The notes: generated from the letters alone by a model not told the origin. A DNA stretch of 12,372 nt from an uncultured bacterium (GCA_963978095.1 CAXBQP010000068.1:1-12372); one strand, 5' to 3'. Positions 1 to 12,372 are shown, counted from the stretch's first letter. A program made the numbers and translations.

Positions 1-1
1 A

Positions 2-3850
<3,849 letters not shown>

Positions 3851-3886
3851 CAGACTCACAGAATCGAGGAAAATGAACCAGGTCGG

Positions 3887-4684
3887 TCAACCGGTGGGGC
3901 GCATGAAGACGAGTTCGGGTTGCTTCGCCACGCGACCGTCCCCTGACGAGCGCCCACGCACTCGGCGCCAGAGCCACGGAATCAGGTAGCTCCGCACCCA
4001 TGCACCCTCACGCGCGACGTTCTCAGCTATTGTACGCGCACGAGCCCTCGAAAGTTGCACCTGCCACTCCGGCCCGTGTCCGGGGAGTCCGAGCGCGTGC
4101 GCCAGGGCCGACGCGATGCGTGTGTGTCCGAGCGCGTTGGCATGCAGCCGGTCCTCGCTCCAAAGTCGGGGATCCGAGGCCACCGGATATCGTGCCAGAT
4201 CCACGACGATCGTGCCGGTACGGAGACTGCACGCGCGAATCCCCTCGTTCAGCCGTTCCACGCGCGGCGCGAACCGTTTGGCCAGCGGCATGACGGCCGA
4301 GAGGTCAGGCAGGGTAATGGTCAGGACCGTGGCGCCGGCGGTGCGCAGTGCCTGTTGCATCGTCTCGAGGTCGGCCAGCACCTGGTCGAGATCAACCTGA
4401 CGGCGCACGACGTCATTCGTCCCCGCGAAAACGGTTGCCAGGTCAGGGCGCATCGCCAGCGCGGGGGCGAGCTGCTGGTCGAGGACTTGCCGCGTCTTGC
4501 GTCCGCGAACGGCAAGATTGGCGTAGTGAATCCCATCGTGCGCCCGCGCGAGGTGCTCCGCGAAGCGATCGGCCCACCCGCGATAGCCGCCCGAACCATC
4601 CGGATCATCCAGTCCCTCGGTGGAACTGTCGCCGAGGGCGACGTAGCGCGTGAACCGCGGTAAGGGGGGGATGCTTTCGGTCAT
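3887..4684 (-). CDS. SGNH/GDSL-family hydrolase (lipase/esterase)
   Basis: Block I YVALGDSSTEG, block II NLAVRG, block III GTND and block V DRLH are all present. Its ATG overlaps the upstream gene's TGA (ATGA at 4681-4684). Confidence 0.93.
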   Translation of the reverse strand: MTESIPPLPRFTRYVALGDSSTEGLDDPDGSGGYRGWADRFAEHLARAHDGIHYANLAVRGRKTRQVLDQQLAPALAMRPDLATVFAGTNDVVRRQVDLDQVLADLETMQQALRTAGATVLTITLPDLSAVMPLAKRFAPRVERLNEGIRACSLRTGTIVVDLARYPVASDPRLWSEDRLHANALGHTRIASALAHALGLPGHGPEWQVQLSRARARTIAENVAREGAWVRSYLIPWLWRRVRGRSSGDGRVAKQPELVFMRPTG

Positions 4685-5214
4685 GCGGGAGACGCCGTGG
4701 GCTCTTTCGGGATCACCATCCCATAGCCCTCAAGCGTCGCGCGCGCCCACCGATGTGCATCGGCTGTGTAGGATGCGGCGTTGAAATCACCGAGGTCCAC
4801 GATGGTGAACGCGAACCGCCCCGTCGAGGCCGCCCTACCGGGAAATGGAGGAGCACTCCATCCCGCGGAACGCGGATGCGCCTTGCGGAGTCCCTCGGCG
4901 ACCGCCGCCGGATCGTCTCCACAGAGTACAATCCGGGCGAGCATCAGCCAGGCACGTTCGAGTGTGCTCGTGATGTGTTGGGACGGGTGCTGCAGCGCAA
5001 AACAGGAGAAGGCGAGGCCGTGGAGCCGGCCCCACGGGGGTTGGCGCGAATGGTCGAGGGCGAGGAGTTGTTCAAACCGGTCATTGCAACTTGGCGGGTC
5101 GCCCCGTTTCCCTTCCGCTCCGCAATCCGCGCACGGGATCGCGCCCGGACCCGCTGTCGGTAGCGCTTCGGCCGCGGGACGGTGGCCCGGAACGCCCGGT
5201 TCAGGTTGTGGCAT
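4681..5214 (-). CDS. Conserved hypothetical protein, DUF5946-like (CxxC...C...H...LQHP)
   Basis: It contains CADCG, then C-N-D-R-F-E-Q-L-L-A-L-D, HGLAFSCFALQHP and a C-terminal TIVD...Y...WA motif resembling DUF5946. The likely start is ATG 5214, because the longer ORF to 5376 runs through intergenic DNA to the edge of a hairpin. It is translationally coupled to the SGNH gene. Confidence 0.7.
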   Translation of the reverse strand: MPQPEPGVPGHRPAAEALPTAGPGAIPCADCGAEGKRGDPPSCNDRFEQLLALDHSRQPPWGRLHGLAFSCFALQHPSQHITSTLERAWLMLARIVLCGDDPAAVAEGLRKAHPRSAGWSAPPFPGRAASTGRFAFTIVDLGDFNAASYTADAHRWARATLEGYGMVIPKEPTASPA

Positions 5215-5375
5215 ACTGAAAGTTAGCTTGGAAACACGGCTGTTTGATGGTATGTCTTCAAAGTCAGACCCACAGTTGGGCGCCAGGTGAGAAGGGCGAA
5301 ACCGACTACGCGGTGTCGACGGCGGGTTGAGGTGGTAGGTGGAGCGGCGCGATGCGCGCCTGGCCGCCGCAGACA

Positions 5376-5412
5376 TGACGTGGCCCCCGCGCGTTACCGC
5401 GGGGCCACGTCA
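5376..5412 (-). terminator. GC-rich stem-loop just downstream of tRNA-Sec (probable terminator or 3' processing structure)
   Basis: The inverted repeat TGACGTGGCCCC(C)GCG / CGCGGGGCCACGTCA forms about 15 bp with one bulge, 12 nt after the CCA end. There is only a weak U-tail (UGUCU). Confidence 0.6.
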
Positions 5413-5424
5413 CATCAGGGACAC

Positions 5425-5521
5425 TGGCGGAAGCGTATGGGAATCGAACCCACCCAACCCGACGTCGTCAGGTCGCACCGGTTTTGAAGACCGGACCCGG
5501 CACCAGCCGGGACACGCTTCC
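5425..5521 (-). tRNA. selC: tRNA-Sec (anticodon UCA), 97 nt, CCA encoded
   Basis: The minus strand folds as the bacterial 8/5 tRNA-Sec. The acceptor stem is GGAAGCGT/ACGCTTCC (8 bp) plus GCCA. The D stem is CCCGGC/GCCGGG (6 bp) with a TGGT loop, and the anticodon arm is CCGGT-CTTCAAA-ACCGG. There is a long variable arm CGACCTGAC/GTCGGGTTG, and the T arm is GTGGG-TTCGATT-CCCAT. It lies next to selD. Confidence 0.97.
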
Positions 5522-6562
5522 CTACACGATCACGATCGCACGCTCACCACGGGTCAGCACCTCACCGATGACGACGGCGCCGGGAACCCGGCCGAGATAG
5601 TCGCCCGCCTTCGACGGCGGTACCGCCACGAACAACCCACCGCTCGTCTGCGGATCGACGAGCACGGCACGTTCGGCGTCCGAGGCGCGACCGTAGTCCA
5701 CGAGCGACTCCAGATAGCTGCGATTGCGCGCCGCGCCGCCCGTGAGCATCCCGCCCTCGATCGCCCCTGCGACACCCGCCAGCGTCGGCACCTTGGCCAT
5801 CTCGATCTGCAGCGTGACGTTGCTCGCGCGCGCCACGTGACTCGCGTGCCCCAACAAGCCGAAGCCGGTCACGTCCGTGGCGCATTTCAGGCCGAGCGCC
5901 ACCGCAGCACGGCTCGCGATCGCATTCAGCGTCGTCATGGAACGTACGAGGCCGGCGATCTCGTCGGCGCTGAGCGCGTCGCGCTTGGCGGCGGTGGAGA
6001 GAATGCCCGTACCGATTCCCTTCGTGAGTATCAGCACGTCGCCCGGTTGTGCGCCCGCGTTGCTGAGAATCCGGGCCGGATGGATGGTCCCGGTGACGCT
6101 CAATCCGTACTTGAGCTCCTCGTCGGTGATGGTGTGCCCGCCCACGAGATGTGCCCCGGCCTCGTGCACGGCGTCGAGCCCACCGCGCAGCACGTCCGTC
6201 AGCACCTCCAACGACAGTTGCCCCACGGGGAATCCGACAATGTTCATGGCGGTGAGCGGTTCCCCGCCCATCGCGAACACATCGCTGAGAGCGTTGGTCG
6301 CAGCCACCCGACCGAAGTCGTACGGATCGTCGACGATGGGCGCGAAAAAATCCAGCGTCTGCACGAGCGCAAGTTCGTCACTCATCTTGAACACGCCGGC
6401 ATCGTCGAACGTCTCACGCCCCACGAGGAGCCGCGGATCACGCCGCAACTCCAAGGGGGCCAGCACCGCGGAGAGGTCGCCGGGGCCCATCTTGGCGGCG
6501 CAGCCGGCGCACTTCGCCCACTGCGTGAGGCGCACGACTTCATCCCGCGTGGCCAAGGTCAT
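5522..6562 (-). CDS. selD: Selenide, water dikinase (selenophosphate synthetase), Cys-type
   Basis: Motifs RLTQWAKCAGCAAK, DDAGV, QTLDFFAPIVDDPYDFGRVAATNALSDVFAMGG, GGHTI, LILTKGIGTG, TDVTGFGLLGH and DPQTSGGL are present. Confidence 0.97.
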   Translation of the reverse strand: MTLATRDEVVRLTQWAKCAGCAAKMGPGDLSAVLAPLELRRDPRLLVGRETFDDAGVFKMSDELALVQTLDFFAPIVDDPYDFGRVAATNALSDVFAMGGEPLTAMNIVGFPVGQLSLEVLTDVLRGGLDAVHEAGAHLVGGHTITDEELKYGLSVTGTIHPARILSNAGAQPGDVLILTKGIGTGILSTAAKRDALSADEIAGLVRSMTTLNAIASRAAVALGLKCATDVTGFGLLGHASHVARASNVTLQIEMAKVPTLAGVAGAIEGGMLTGGAARNRSYLESLVDYGRASDAERAVLVDPQTSGGLFVAVPPSKAGDYLGRVPGAVVIGEVLTRGERAIVIV

Positions 6563-6569
6563 GCCGCCG

Positions 6570-6953
6570 TCAGCCGACTTTGGCGATGCACTCGATCTCC
6601 ACGCGCACGCCGCGCGGGAGGCCCGCGACCGCTACCGTCGAACGGGCGGGACGCGAGTTGCCGAGGTGCTTGGTGTAGACCTCGTTGACCTTGGCGAAGT
6701 CGGCCATGTCGGCAAGGAAAATCGTGGTTTTGGCGACCTCCCCCCAGCTGCAACCGGCGTTCTGGAGCACCGCAGTGAGATTCGTCATCACCTGCTCCGT
6801 CTGTGCCGTCACGTCCCCCTCGACGACCTGCATGGTCTTGGGATCGAGCGGAATCTGACCCGCGGTGAACAGAAATCCGCCGACCACGGTGGCCTGCGAG
6901 TAGGGACCGATCGCTTCGGGGGCGTCGGCGGTGTGCAGGTAACGAACGCTCAT
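6570..6953 (-). CDS. ridA: RidA/YjgF/UK114-family reactive-intermediate deaminase
   Basis: 127 aa with APEAIGPYSQA, AGQIPLDP, DFAKVNEVY and RPARSTVAVAGLPRGVRVEIE. The catalytic Arg is retained. Confidence 0.93.
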   Translation of the reverse strand: MSVRYLHTADAPEAIGPYSQATVVGGFLFTAGQIPLDPKTMQVVEGDVTAQTEQVMTNLTAVLQNAGCSWGEVAKTTIFLADMADFAKVNEVYTKHLGNSRPARSTVAVAGLPRGVRVEIECIAKVG

Positions 6954-7744
6954 ACGGAGACCTCGGAAGAAGGCTGTGAGATACTGAAAAAACGCAGGGC
7001 GTTTGCAGTCACGAGGGCACCCATGGCCTCGGGCGTCACCTCGCGAGCGGCCGCCAATCGCTCAACCGTGCGGGCAACCCACGCCGGTTCGTTGCGCTTG
7101 CCGCGGTGGGGGACCGGCGCCAGATAGGGAGCGTCGGACTCCGCCAGCACGCGGTCGTCGGGAACGAGCCGGAGCAGCGCCTCATCTTCCCACTTCTTGA
7201 AGGTGACGATGCCGCTGAACGAAATGTACCACCCTGCGTCGAGCGCGGTGTGGGCCAGTGCGTGCCCGCCGGTGTAGCAGTGCAACACGCCGCTGATCCC
7301 GGCCGCCCCGGCCTCGCGCACCATCGCCGCGGTATCCGACTCGGCCTGACGGGTATGCACGATCACCGGACGCCCCAGCTCGGCCGCGAGGGCGAGTTGG
7401 TCCGCGAAGGCGCGGCGTTGCTGCACGGGGGTGGCGGTATCGTAGGAATAGTCGAGCCCACACTCGCCGATGGCCACCGCGCCCTGCTCGACTTCCGCGC
7501 GGATCGCCGGAATGTCACGCAGGGAGTCGAATCGGGCGGCGTCAAAGGGGTGTACGCCGGCCGTGTGGTAGACGAAGCCTCGGTACCGCTCAACGATCCC
7601 CCGAGCCCGTCCTGCGGCCTCCAGGGACTCGCCAATGGCCACCAGGGCGACGGCGCCAGCCTCGCGGGCGCGTGCGATGACGGCGTCCAGGTCATCGGAG
7701 AACGTGGGGTCGGCGAGGTGAGTGTGTGAGTCGATGAATCGCAT
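6950..7744 (-). CDS. tatD: TatD-family metal-dependent nuclease/hydrolase
   Basis: Motifs IDSHTHL, GVHP, AIGECGLDY, IVHTR, GVLHCY and ESDAPYLAPVPHRGKRNEP are present. There is an ATGA overlap with ridA. Confidence 0.95.
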   Translation of the reverse strand: MRFIDSHTHLADPTFSDDLDAVIARAREAGAVALVAIGESLEAAGRARGIVERYRGFVYHTAGVHPFDAARFDSLRDIPAIRAEVEQGAVAIGECGLDYSYDTATPVQQRRAFADQLALAAELGRPVIVHTRQAESDTAAMVREAGAAGISGVLHCYTGGHALAHTALDAGWYISFSGIVTFKKWEDEALLRLVPDDRVLAESDAPYLAPVPHRGKRNEPAWVARTVERLAAAREVTPEAMGALVTANALRFFSISQPSSEVSV

Positions 7745-7758
7745 CTACCACCACAACG

Positions 7759-7793
7759 CAAGAACGCCCCGGCGTGTTGCCGGGGCGTTCTTG
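7759..7793 (-). terminator. Perfect 15-bp hairpin after secF, probable intrinsic terminator
   Basis: The + strand reads CAAGAACGCCCCGGC-GTGTT-GCCGGGGCGTTCTTG. The minus-strand stem is followed by UUCUUGCGUUG. Confidence 0.75.
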
Positions 7794-7834
7794 GATGAGC
7801 GAACTGAGCAGATCAGCAGGCGGCGTGCCCGTGA

Positions 7835-8818
7835 TCAGCCGCGCGCGGGCGCGGTCGGCTTGGACATCGAGGGCTTGGCGACCGCCGCCGGAGTCTTGCC
7901 GTCGACGGCGCGCGGCCAGCGCTGCTCGATGTAGAGCAGGATCGGCGAGGCGACGTAAATCGAGCTGAAGGTACCGGTGAAGATTCCGAAGGCCATGACC
8001 CACGCGAACGGCCGGATGACCTCGCCAGCGAAGAACAGCAACGCGAGCGTCGCGGCCAGCGCGGTGGCGTGCGTGAGGATCGAGCGCGGCAGGGTTTCGT
8101 TCACCGAACGGTTGAGCACGTCGTAGAGCGCTTCCTTGCGGTTCTTGCGGAGATTCTCGCGAACACGATCGAAGATGATGATGGTGTCGTTCAGCGAGTA
8201 GCCGAGCACCGTGAGGAGCGCGGCGACGACGGTGAGCGAGATCTCGAGGTGGAGCAGCTTCATGAAGGCGATCGTCGTCAGGATGTCGTGCGCCGTCGCG
8301 ATGACCGCGGCGAGGCCGAATCGCCATTCGAAGCGCCACGCCAGGTACAGCATGGTGACGAAGAACGAGATCAGGATGGCGAGGTAGGCACCGCGCGCGA
8401 GCTCAGCGCCGACGCGCGGCCCGACCGCCTCGGTGCGCACCACGGTGAAGGCGCCCGCGCCGACGGCCTTGGCGAGGTCCGCCTCGATGGCGCGGGAGGT
8501 CACTTCAGCGCCGGCCGATCCGGCGGCATTCTGGGCACGGATCGTGAAGTCGCGGGCCGATCCGAACTGTTGGATCTCCGCCCCCTTGGCGCCGCCATTC
8601 TCCAGAACGCTGCGCAGCTTGGCGACGTCCGCCGAGCTCTGATCCTTGGTGAAACTGACCTGCATGAGGGTGCCACCGGTGAACTCGATGCTGTACTGGA
8701 ATCCGCCCAGGAAAGCGACCGCGCCGATGCCCAGCGCGATGAAAGCCGCGGTCAGGATCGCCGCCGTCTTCCACCACTTGATGAAGTCGTACTTGGTGTC
8801 GTGTAGGATGCGCAGCAT
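7835..8818 (-). CDS. secF: Protein translocase subunit SecF
   Basis: Motifs YSIEFTGGT, VGPRVGAEL, RFEWRF, HD, GYSLNDTIIIFDRVREN, GTFSSIYVA and six TM segments are present. There is a TAATG overlap with secD. Confidence 0.97.
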   Translation of the reverse strand: MLRILHDTKYDFIKWWKTAAILTAAFIALGIGAVAFLGGFQYSIEFTGGTLMQVSFTKDQSSADVAKLRSVLENGGAKGAEIQQFGSARDFTIRAQNAAGSAGAEVTSRAIEADLAKAVGAGAFTVVRTEAVGPRVGAELARGAYLAILISFFVTMLYLAWRFEWRFGLAAVIATAHDILTTIAFMKLLHLEISLTVVAALLTVLGYSLNDTIIIFDRVRENLRKNRKEALYDVLNRSVNETLPRSILTHATALAATLALLFFAGEVIRPFAWVMAFGIFTGTFSSIYVASPILLYIEQRWPRAVDGKTPAAVAKPSMSKPTAPARG

Positions 8819-10452
8819 TAGATACTCAGCGCCTCAGCGGAGCGGTTACGATTGAGCCAGACGAGGAAGAAGGTCTTCACGACGAAGATCGAGGTGATCA
8901 TGGACGCCGCGATCCCCGCGAGGAGCGTGACGGCGAAGCCCTTCACCGGGCCGGTGCCGTACTGATAGAGCACGAGCGCGGTGAGCGCCGTCGACACGTT
9001 GGAGTCGACGATCGCGGACATGGCGTGCCGGAAGCCCTCGTCGATGGCGGTGCGCAGCGACTTGCCGTGCACGATCTCCTCGCGAATGCGCTCGAAGATC
9101 AGGACGTTGGCGTCGACGGCGATACCGATGGAGAGCACGAAGCCGGCGAGTCCCGGCAACGTGAGCACGGCGTTGAAGCCCGCGAGCGCGGCCAGCGTGT
9201 AGAGGATGTACAGGATCAGGCCAGCGACGGCGAGCATGCCTGAGAAGCGGTAGTAGCCGATCATGATGAACACCACGAGGGCGACCGCGATGACGCCGGC
9301 GGTGATGCTCTTGGTGATCGAGTCCTGACCCAGGCTGGCGCCGATGTTGCGGATCTCCGCGACCTTGAGCGGCACCGGGAGCGAGCCCGCCTTGAGCACG
9401 ACGGAGAGGTCCTGCGCCGCCGAGAGGTCCTTGCCGCCCATCGTGATCTGGCCGCGCGTCCCGATGGCGCTCTGAATGATCGGGGCGCTCATGACGCGAT
9501 CGTCGAGGACGATGGCCATGTAATCCTTCACGTGCTTGCCCGTTTCGTTCTTGAAACGACGGCCGCCTTCGTTGTTCAGCTGGAACTCGACCACGGTGCC
9601 CTCGATCGGCACCGAGTTCGGCTTGGCGTCGGTGATGTAGTCGCCGGTGATGATCGGGCGGGAGTCGAGGACATACATCGACTTGAGCACACGACCGCTG
9701 GCGATGATCGAGTCAGCGCCCCAGCGCACGACCTTGCCCGGGGGGAGCGCGGCCTTGATGTCCTCGTTTTCCAGGTAGCCCGCGAGCTCGGCTTCGTCGG
9801 CCGCCGCGACGGTGTACATCCCCGGATACCCCGTGGCGACGACGAGCCGCTGAAACGGGCCGGTCGCGGCGGTCGAGGCGGTATCGGCCGCGCCCTTCTT
9901 GCCGGAGTCCGCACCGGCGAAGAGCGACTTCAGTCCGTTCCCCTTGGCCGAGTCCCCCCGAACATCCCTGCCGCCGGCCTTGGTCAGCTTCTTGTCACGG
10001 ACGATCGCGTCGAGACGCGGCGCCACGGCCTCGAAGGCCTTGGTCTTGTCCGTGATCTGGAACTGCAGGAAGGCCGCCTGCTGCACCACGTCGGTGGCGC
10101 GCTTCGCGTCTTCGAGCCCCGGCAGTTCCACGATGAGGCGATCGGTCCCGAGCTTCTGCACGACCGGTTCAGCGACGCCGAATTGGTCGATTCGGGTACG
10201 GACGACCTTGAGCGCGCGATCCAACGCGCCGCTCTTGTCGGCAATGGCGCCCTTGGATTCGTCGACCTCGAGGGTGAGATGCATCCCCCCTTGGAGATCG
10301 AGACCACGCTTCAGCGGCACGCGCTTGACGGTGTCATACACGAAAACACCGTTGCGGCGGGTACGCTCGACGATGGACCGCGGATACAGCGCGGCGGCGG
10401 ACGCGACGACCAAGAGGAGGATCGCGAGAAGCCGGTACTTCAAGTTCGACAT
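8818..10452 (-). CDS. secD: Protein translocase subunit SecD
   Basis: Motifs [61 protein letters not shown] and [12 protein letters not shown] are present. Confidence 0.97.
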   Translation of the reverse strand: MSNLKYRLLAILLLVVASAAALYPRSIVERTRRNGVFVYDTVKRVPLKRGLDLQGGMHLTLEVDESKGAIADKSGALDRALKVVRTRIDQFGVAEPVVQKLGTDRLIVELPGLEDAKRATDVVQQAAFLQFQITDKTKAFEAVAPRLDAIVRDKKLTKAGGRDVRGDSAKGNGLKSLFAGADSGKKGAADTASTAATGPFQRLVVATGYPGMYTVAAADEAELAGYLENEDIKAALPPGKVVRWGADSIIASGRVLKSMYVLDSRPIITGDYITDAKPNSVPIEGTVVEFQLNNEGGRRFKNETGKHVKDYMAIVLDDRVMSAPIIQSAIGTRGQITMGGKDLSAAQDLSVVLKAGSLPVPLKVAEIRNIGASLGQDSITKSITAGVIAVALVVFIMIGYYRFSGMLAVAGLILYILYTLAALAGFNAVLTLPGLAGFVLSIGIAVDANVLIFERIREEIVHGKSLRTAIDEGFRHAMSAIVDSNVSTALTALVLYQYGTGPVKGFAVTLLAGIAASMITSIFVVKTFFLVWLNRNRSAEALSI

Positions 10453-10500
10453 TCCGATGCCGGGAATGAGGGGAATGAGACGGTTTTTCGTTAGCCTTGA

Positions 10501-10529
10501 AGCTTAGCCGTCTGCCCACGGTGGGTCAA
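10501..10529 (-). promoter_or_regulatory. Sigma70-type promoter for secDF
   Basis: The minus strand has TTGACC (10529-10524), a 17-nt spacer and TAAGCT (10506-10501), 48 nt upstream of the secD ATG in the ribF-secD gap. Confidence 0.7.
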
Positions 10530-10574
10530 GCGATGTCCGCTGGGGACAAGGGGTTGTGATTCATCGTGTCACGC

Positions 10575-11495
10575 TCAGTAGAGCCCGATGCCGCGAGCGA
10601 CCGCGACGCGCGCCATCTCGGCGTCCTGGCGCAACTGGGCGACCAGCGCCTCCGCGCCGTTGAACCGCTTCGTGTCCCGGAGTCGCCGGATGAACCCGAG
10701 CTCGACCTCTCGGCCGTACCAGTCCCCTTCGGCGTCAAAGAGGTGGACCTCCAGCTGGATGCTCGGGTCGCCGAAGGTCGGTCGCGGGCCGAGGTTCATC
10801 ATCGCGTCGAAGCGGTGGCCGTCAAGGGTGGCTGTCACGGCGTAGACCCCTTCGGGCGGGAGCAGTTTGCGGTCATCCAGCGGCGCGAGGTTCAGGGTCC
10901 GGAATCCCAGCGTGCGTCCCCGCCCGTCACCGTGCACCACCCGACTCGTGACCGTGTACGGGCGCCCGAGTCCATCGGCGGCCCCAGCGAGATCCCCCGC
11001 GGCGACCGCGTGACGGATTCTCGTGGAGGACAGCGGCGCACCGTCACGCCCCTGCACCGGCGGCACGACGGTCACCTCGAATCCGCGCGCGACGCCGAGC
11101 TCGCGTAGAACATCGGCGCGGCCGCTGCGATCGCGCCCGAAGCCGTGATCGTAGCCGACCAGGAGTTCGCCCATCCCGAACCGGTCGCGGAGGATCTCAT
11201 CCACGAACTGCGTGGCATCGAAGCGCGCGAGGTCCGGGGTGAACGGCACAACTTCCACGCGATCGATGCCGCACCGGCGGAGCGCCTGCTCCTTTTCGTA
11301 TGCCGTGGTCAGATGCGGCGGGGCGGATTCGGGGCGCACCACGTCGAGCGGGTGCGGAGTGAACGTGACGAGCACGCTCTGCCACCCGCGTTCGCGACCG
11401 CGGGCGGCGAGCCGCTCCAGCACCAGGCGGTGCCCTCGATGGACACCATCAAAGGTCCCGACCGTGATGACGGCGCGCCCGGCGGCGGCGCTCAT
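10575..11495 (-). CDS. ribF: Bifunctional riboflavin kinase / FAD synthetase
   Basis: Motifs VGTFDGVHRGH, TFTPHP, GYDHGFGRDRSG, SSTRIR, GRGRTLGF, GVYA, NLGPRPTF, EVHLFD and RLRDTKRF are present. There is an ATGA overlap with truB. Confidence 0.96.
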   Translation of the reverse strand: MSAAAGRAVITVGTFDGVHRGHRLVLERLAARGRERGWQSVLVTFTPHPLDVVRPESAPPHLTTAYEKEQALRRCGIDRVEVVPFTPDLARFDATQFVDEILRDRFGMGELLVGYDHGFGRDRSGRADVLRELGVARGFEVTVVPPVQGRDGAPLSSTRIRHAVAAGDLAGAADGLGRPYTVTSRVVHGDGRGRTLGFRTLNLAPLDDRKLLPPEGVYAVTATLDGHRFDAMMNLGPRPTFGDPSIQLEVHLFDAEGDWYGREVELGFIRRLRDTKRFNGAEALVAQLRQDAEMARVAVARGIGLY

Positions 11496-12372
11496 ACGCC
11501 GGCCTCCCGCATGACGACGCGGGGCTGGAATCGGTCGCCCGACTCCGCCGCGCGCCGCTCGGCGAACGCCACGAGCGTGCGCGCTCCTGCAGACGACCGA
11601 CTGGCGGCGGTCGTCAATGCGACGAAGCGTCCCTCGACGGACGCGGCGACATCGATCCCACGCACGACCCCCGCGAGTTCGGCATCGCTGAGCGCCTGCT
11701 GCGGGTATCCGGAGAGCGCCTCGAGCGCGGGGCGCACGCTTCCTGTACCGGCGCGGAGTTGCTCGAGGGTGACGGCGTCGGTCAGCGCAAATGCGCCTGC
11801 CGCCGTGCGGCGCAGTGCCGTGAGGTGCGCGGCACTCCCGCAGGCGCGCGCGAGGTCACGGGCCAGGCTCCGGATGTACGTCCCACTCCCACACCGCACC
11901 TGCATCTGGCACTGCTCGACCTTTCCGTGCGCGTCCACGACGAAATCCTGCAGCGTGAGTTCCGAAATCTCGATCGGCACCGGCGCGAGCTCCACCTCAT
12001 GCCCGGCACGGGCGAGCGCGTAGGCGCGCTGCCCGTCGACGCGTTTGGCCGAGTACGCGGGAGGTACTTGGGCGATGGTGCCCACGAACGACGGCCGCGC
12101 ACGCTCGAGGACCTCGCGCGTTGGGCGCGGAGCCTCGGCGACGACGGCACCCAGGAGATCTTCGGTATCGGTCTCGGCGCCAAACCGTACGTGGGCCTCG
12201 TACACCTTGGGGGTGTCGTTCAGATATTGCAGGAGCCGGGTCGCACGCCCGAGCAGGAGCACGAGCAGTCCCGTGGCGAAGGGATCGAGCGTGCCGCCAT
12301 GCCCGATCCGCGACTCCCCGGTAACGCGGCGCGCGGCGGCGACGACATCGTGGGAGGAGACGCCGGCGGGTT
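11492..12372 (-). CDS. truB: tRNA pseudouridine(55) synthase, 5' end outside the window
   Basis: The frame is open to the window edge: (K)PAGVSSHDVV...RIGHGGTLDPFATGLL, then QVPPAYSAKRVDGQRAYALAR, CGSGTYIRSLARDL and LRRT. The ORF-track start at 12262 is internal. Confidence 0.96.
   Translation of the reverse strand, partial: PAGVSSHDVVAAARRVTGESRIGHGGTLDPFATGLLVLLLGRATRLLQYLNDTPKVYEAHVRFGAETDTEDLLGAVVAEAPRPTREVLERARPSFVGTIAQVPPAYSAKRVDGQRAYALARAGHEVELAPVPIEISELTLQDFVVDAHGKVEQCQMQVRCGSGTYIRSLARDLARACGSAAHLTALRRTAAGAFALTDAVTLEQLRAGTGSVRPALEALSGYPQQALSDAELAGVVRGIDVAASVEGRFVALTTAASRSSAGARTLVAFAERRAAESGDRFQPRVVMREAGV

Noticed and set aside
5215..5376. N-terminal extension of the DUF5946-like ORF, and a candidate -10 (TAACTT) just before ATG 5214
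   Set aside because: The extension is low-complexity intergenic sequence starting at the hairpin edge. The -10 has no convincing -35 and only 5 nt of spacing, so it is too weak to call.
5339..7127. Long plus-strand ORFs (449 aa and 416 aa) and similar ones at 2318, 8069, 9532 and 11145
   Set aside because: They are antisense shadows of well-supported minus-strand genes in high-GC DNA, with no recognisable motifs.

Overview
The window is a mosaic of three unrelated pieces of DNA. (1) Positions 1-~1360 are about 30% GC (hand estimate) and hold an internal fragment of a very large virion structural protein of T4-like or large tailed phages (DUF4815/VrlC-like). (2) Positions ~1361-1808 are about 45% GC and hold an internal fragment of an actinobacterial GuaB1-type IMPDH/GMP-reductase gene. 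(3) Positions ~1790-12372 are about 65-70% GC and form a bacterial chromosome segment, most likely Gemmatimonadota (inferred from gene style and order). All its genes are on the minus strand: truB (partial), ribF, secD, secF, tatD, ridA, selD, selC (tRNA-Sec, anticodon UCA), a DUF5946-like protein, an SGNH hydrolase and a TonB-dependent receptor that is cut at the junction. The 615-aa ORF at 26..1873 looks like a phage-structural/IMPDH fusion but is almost certainly a chimera artefact. The most notable real biology is the selenium locus: a Cys-type selD whose stop codon directly abuts the first base of tRNA-Sec, at the end of a tatD-ridA-selD-selC run. There is no selA or selB in the window, and a possible accessory islet follows the tRNA.
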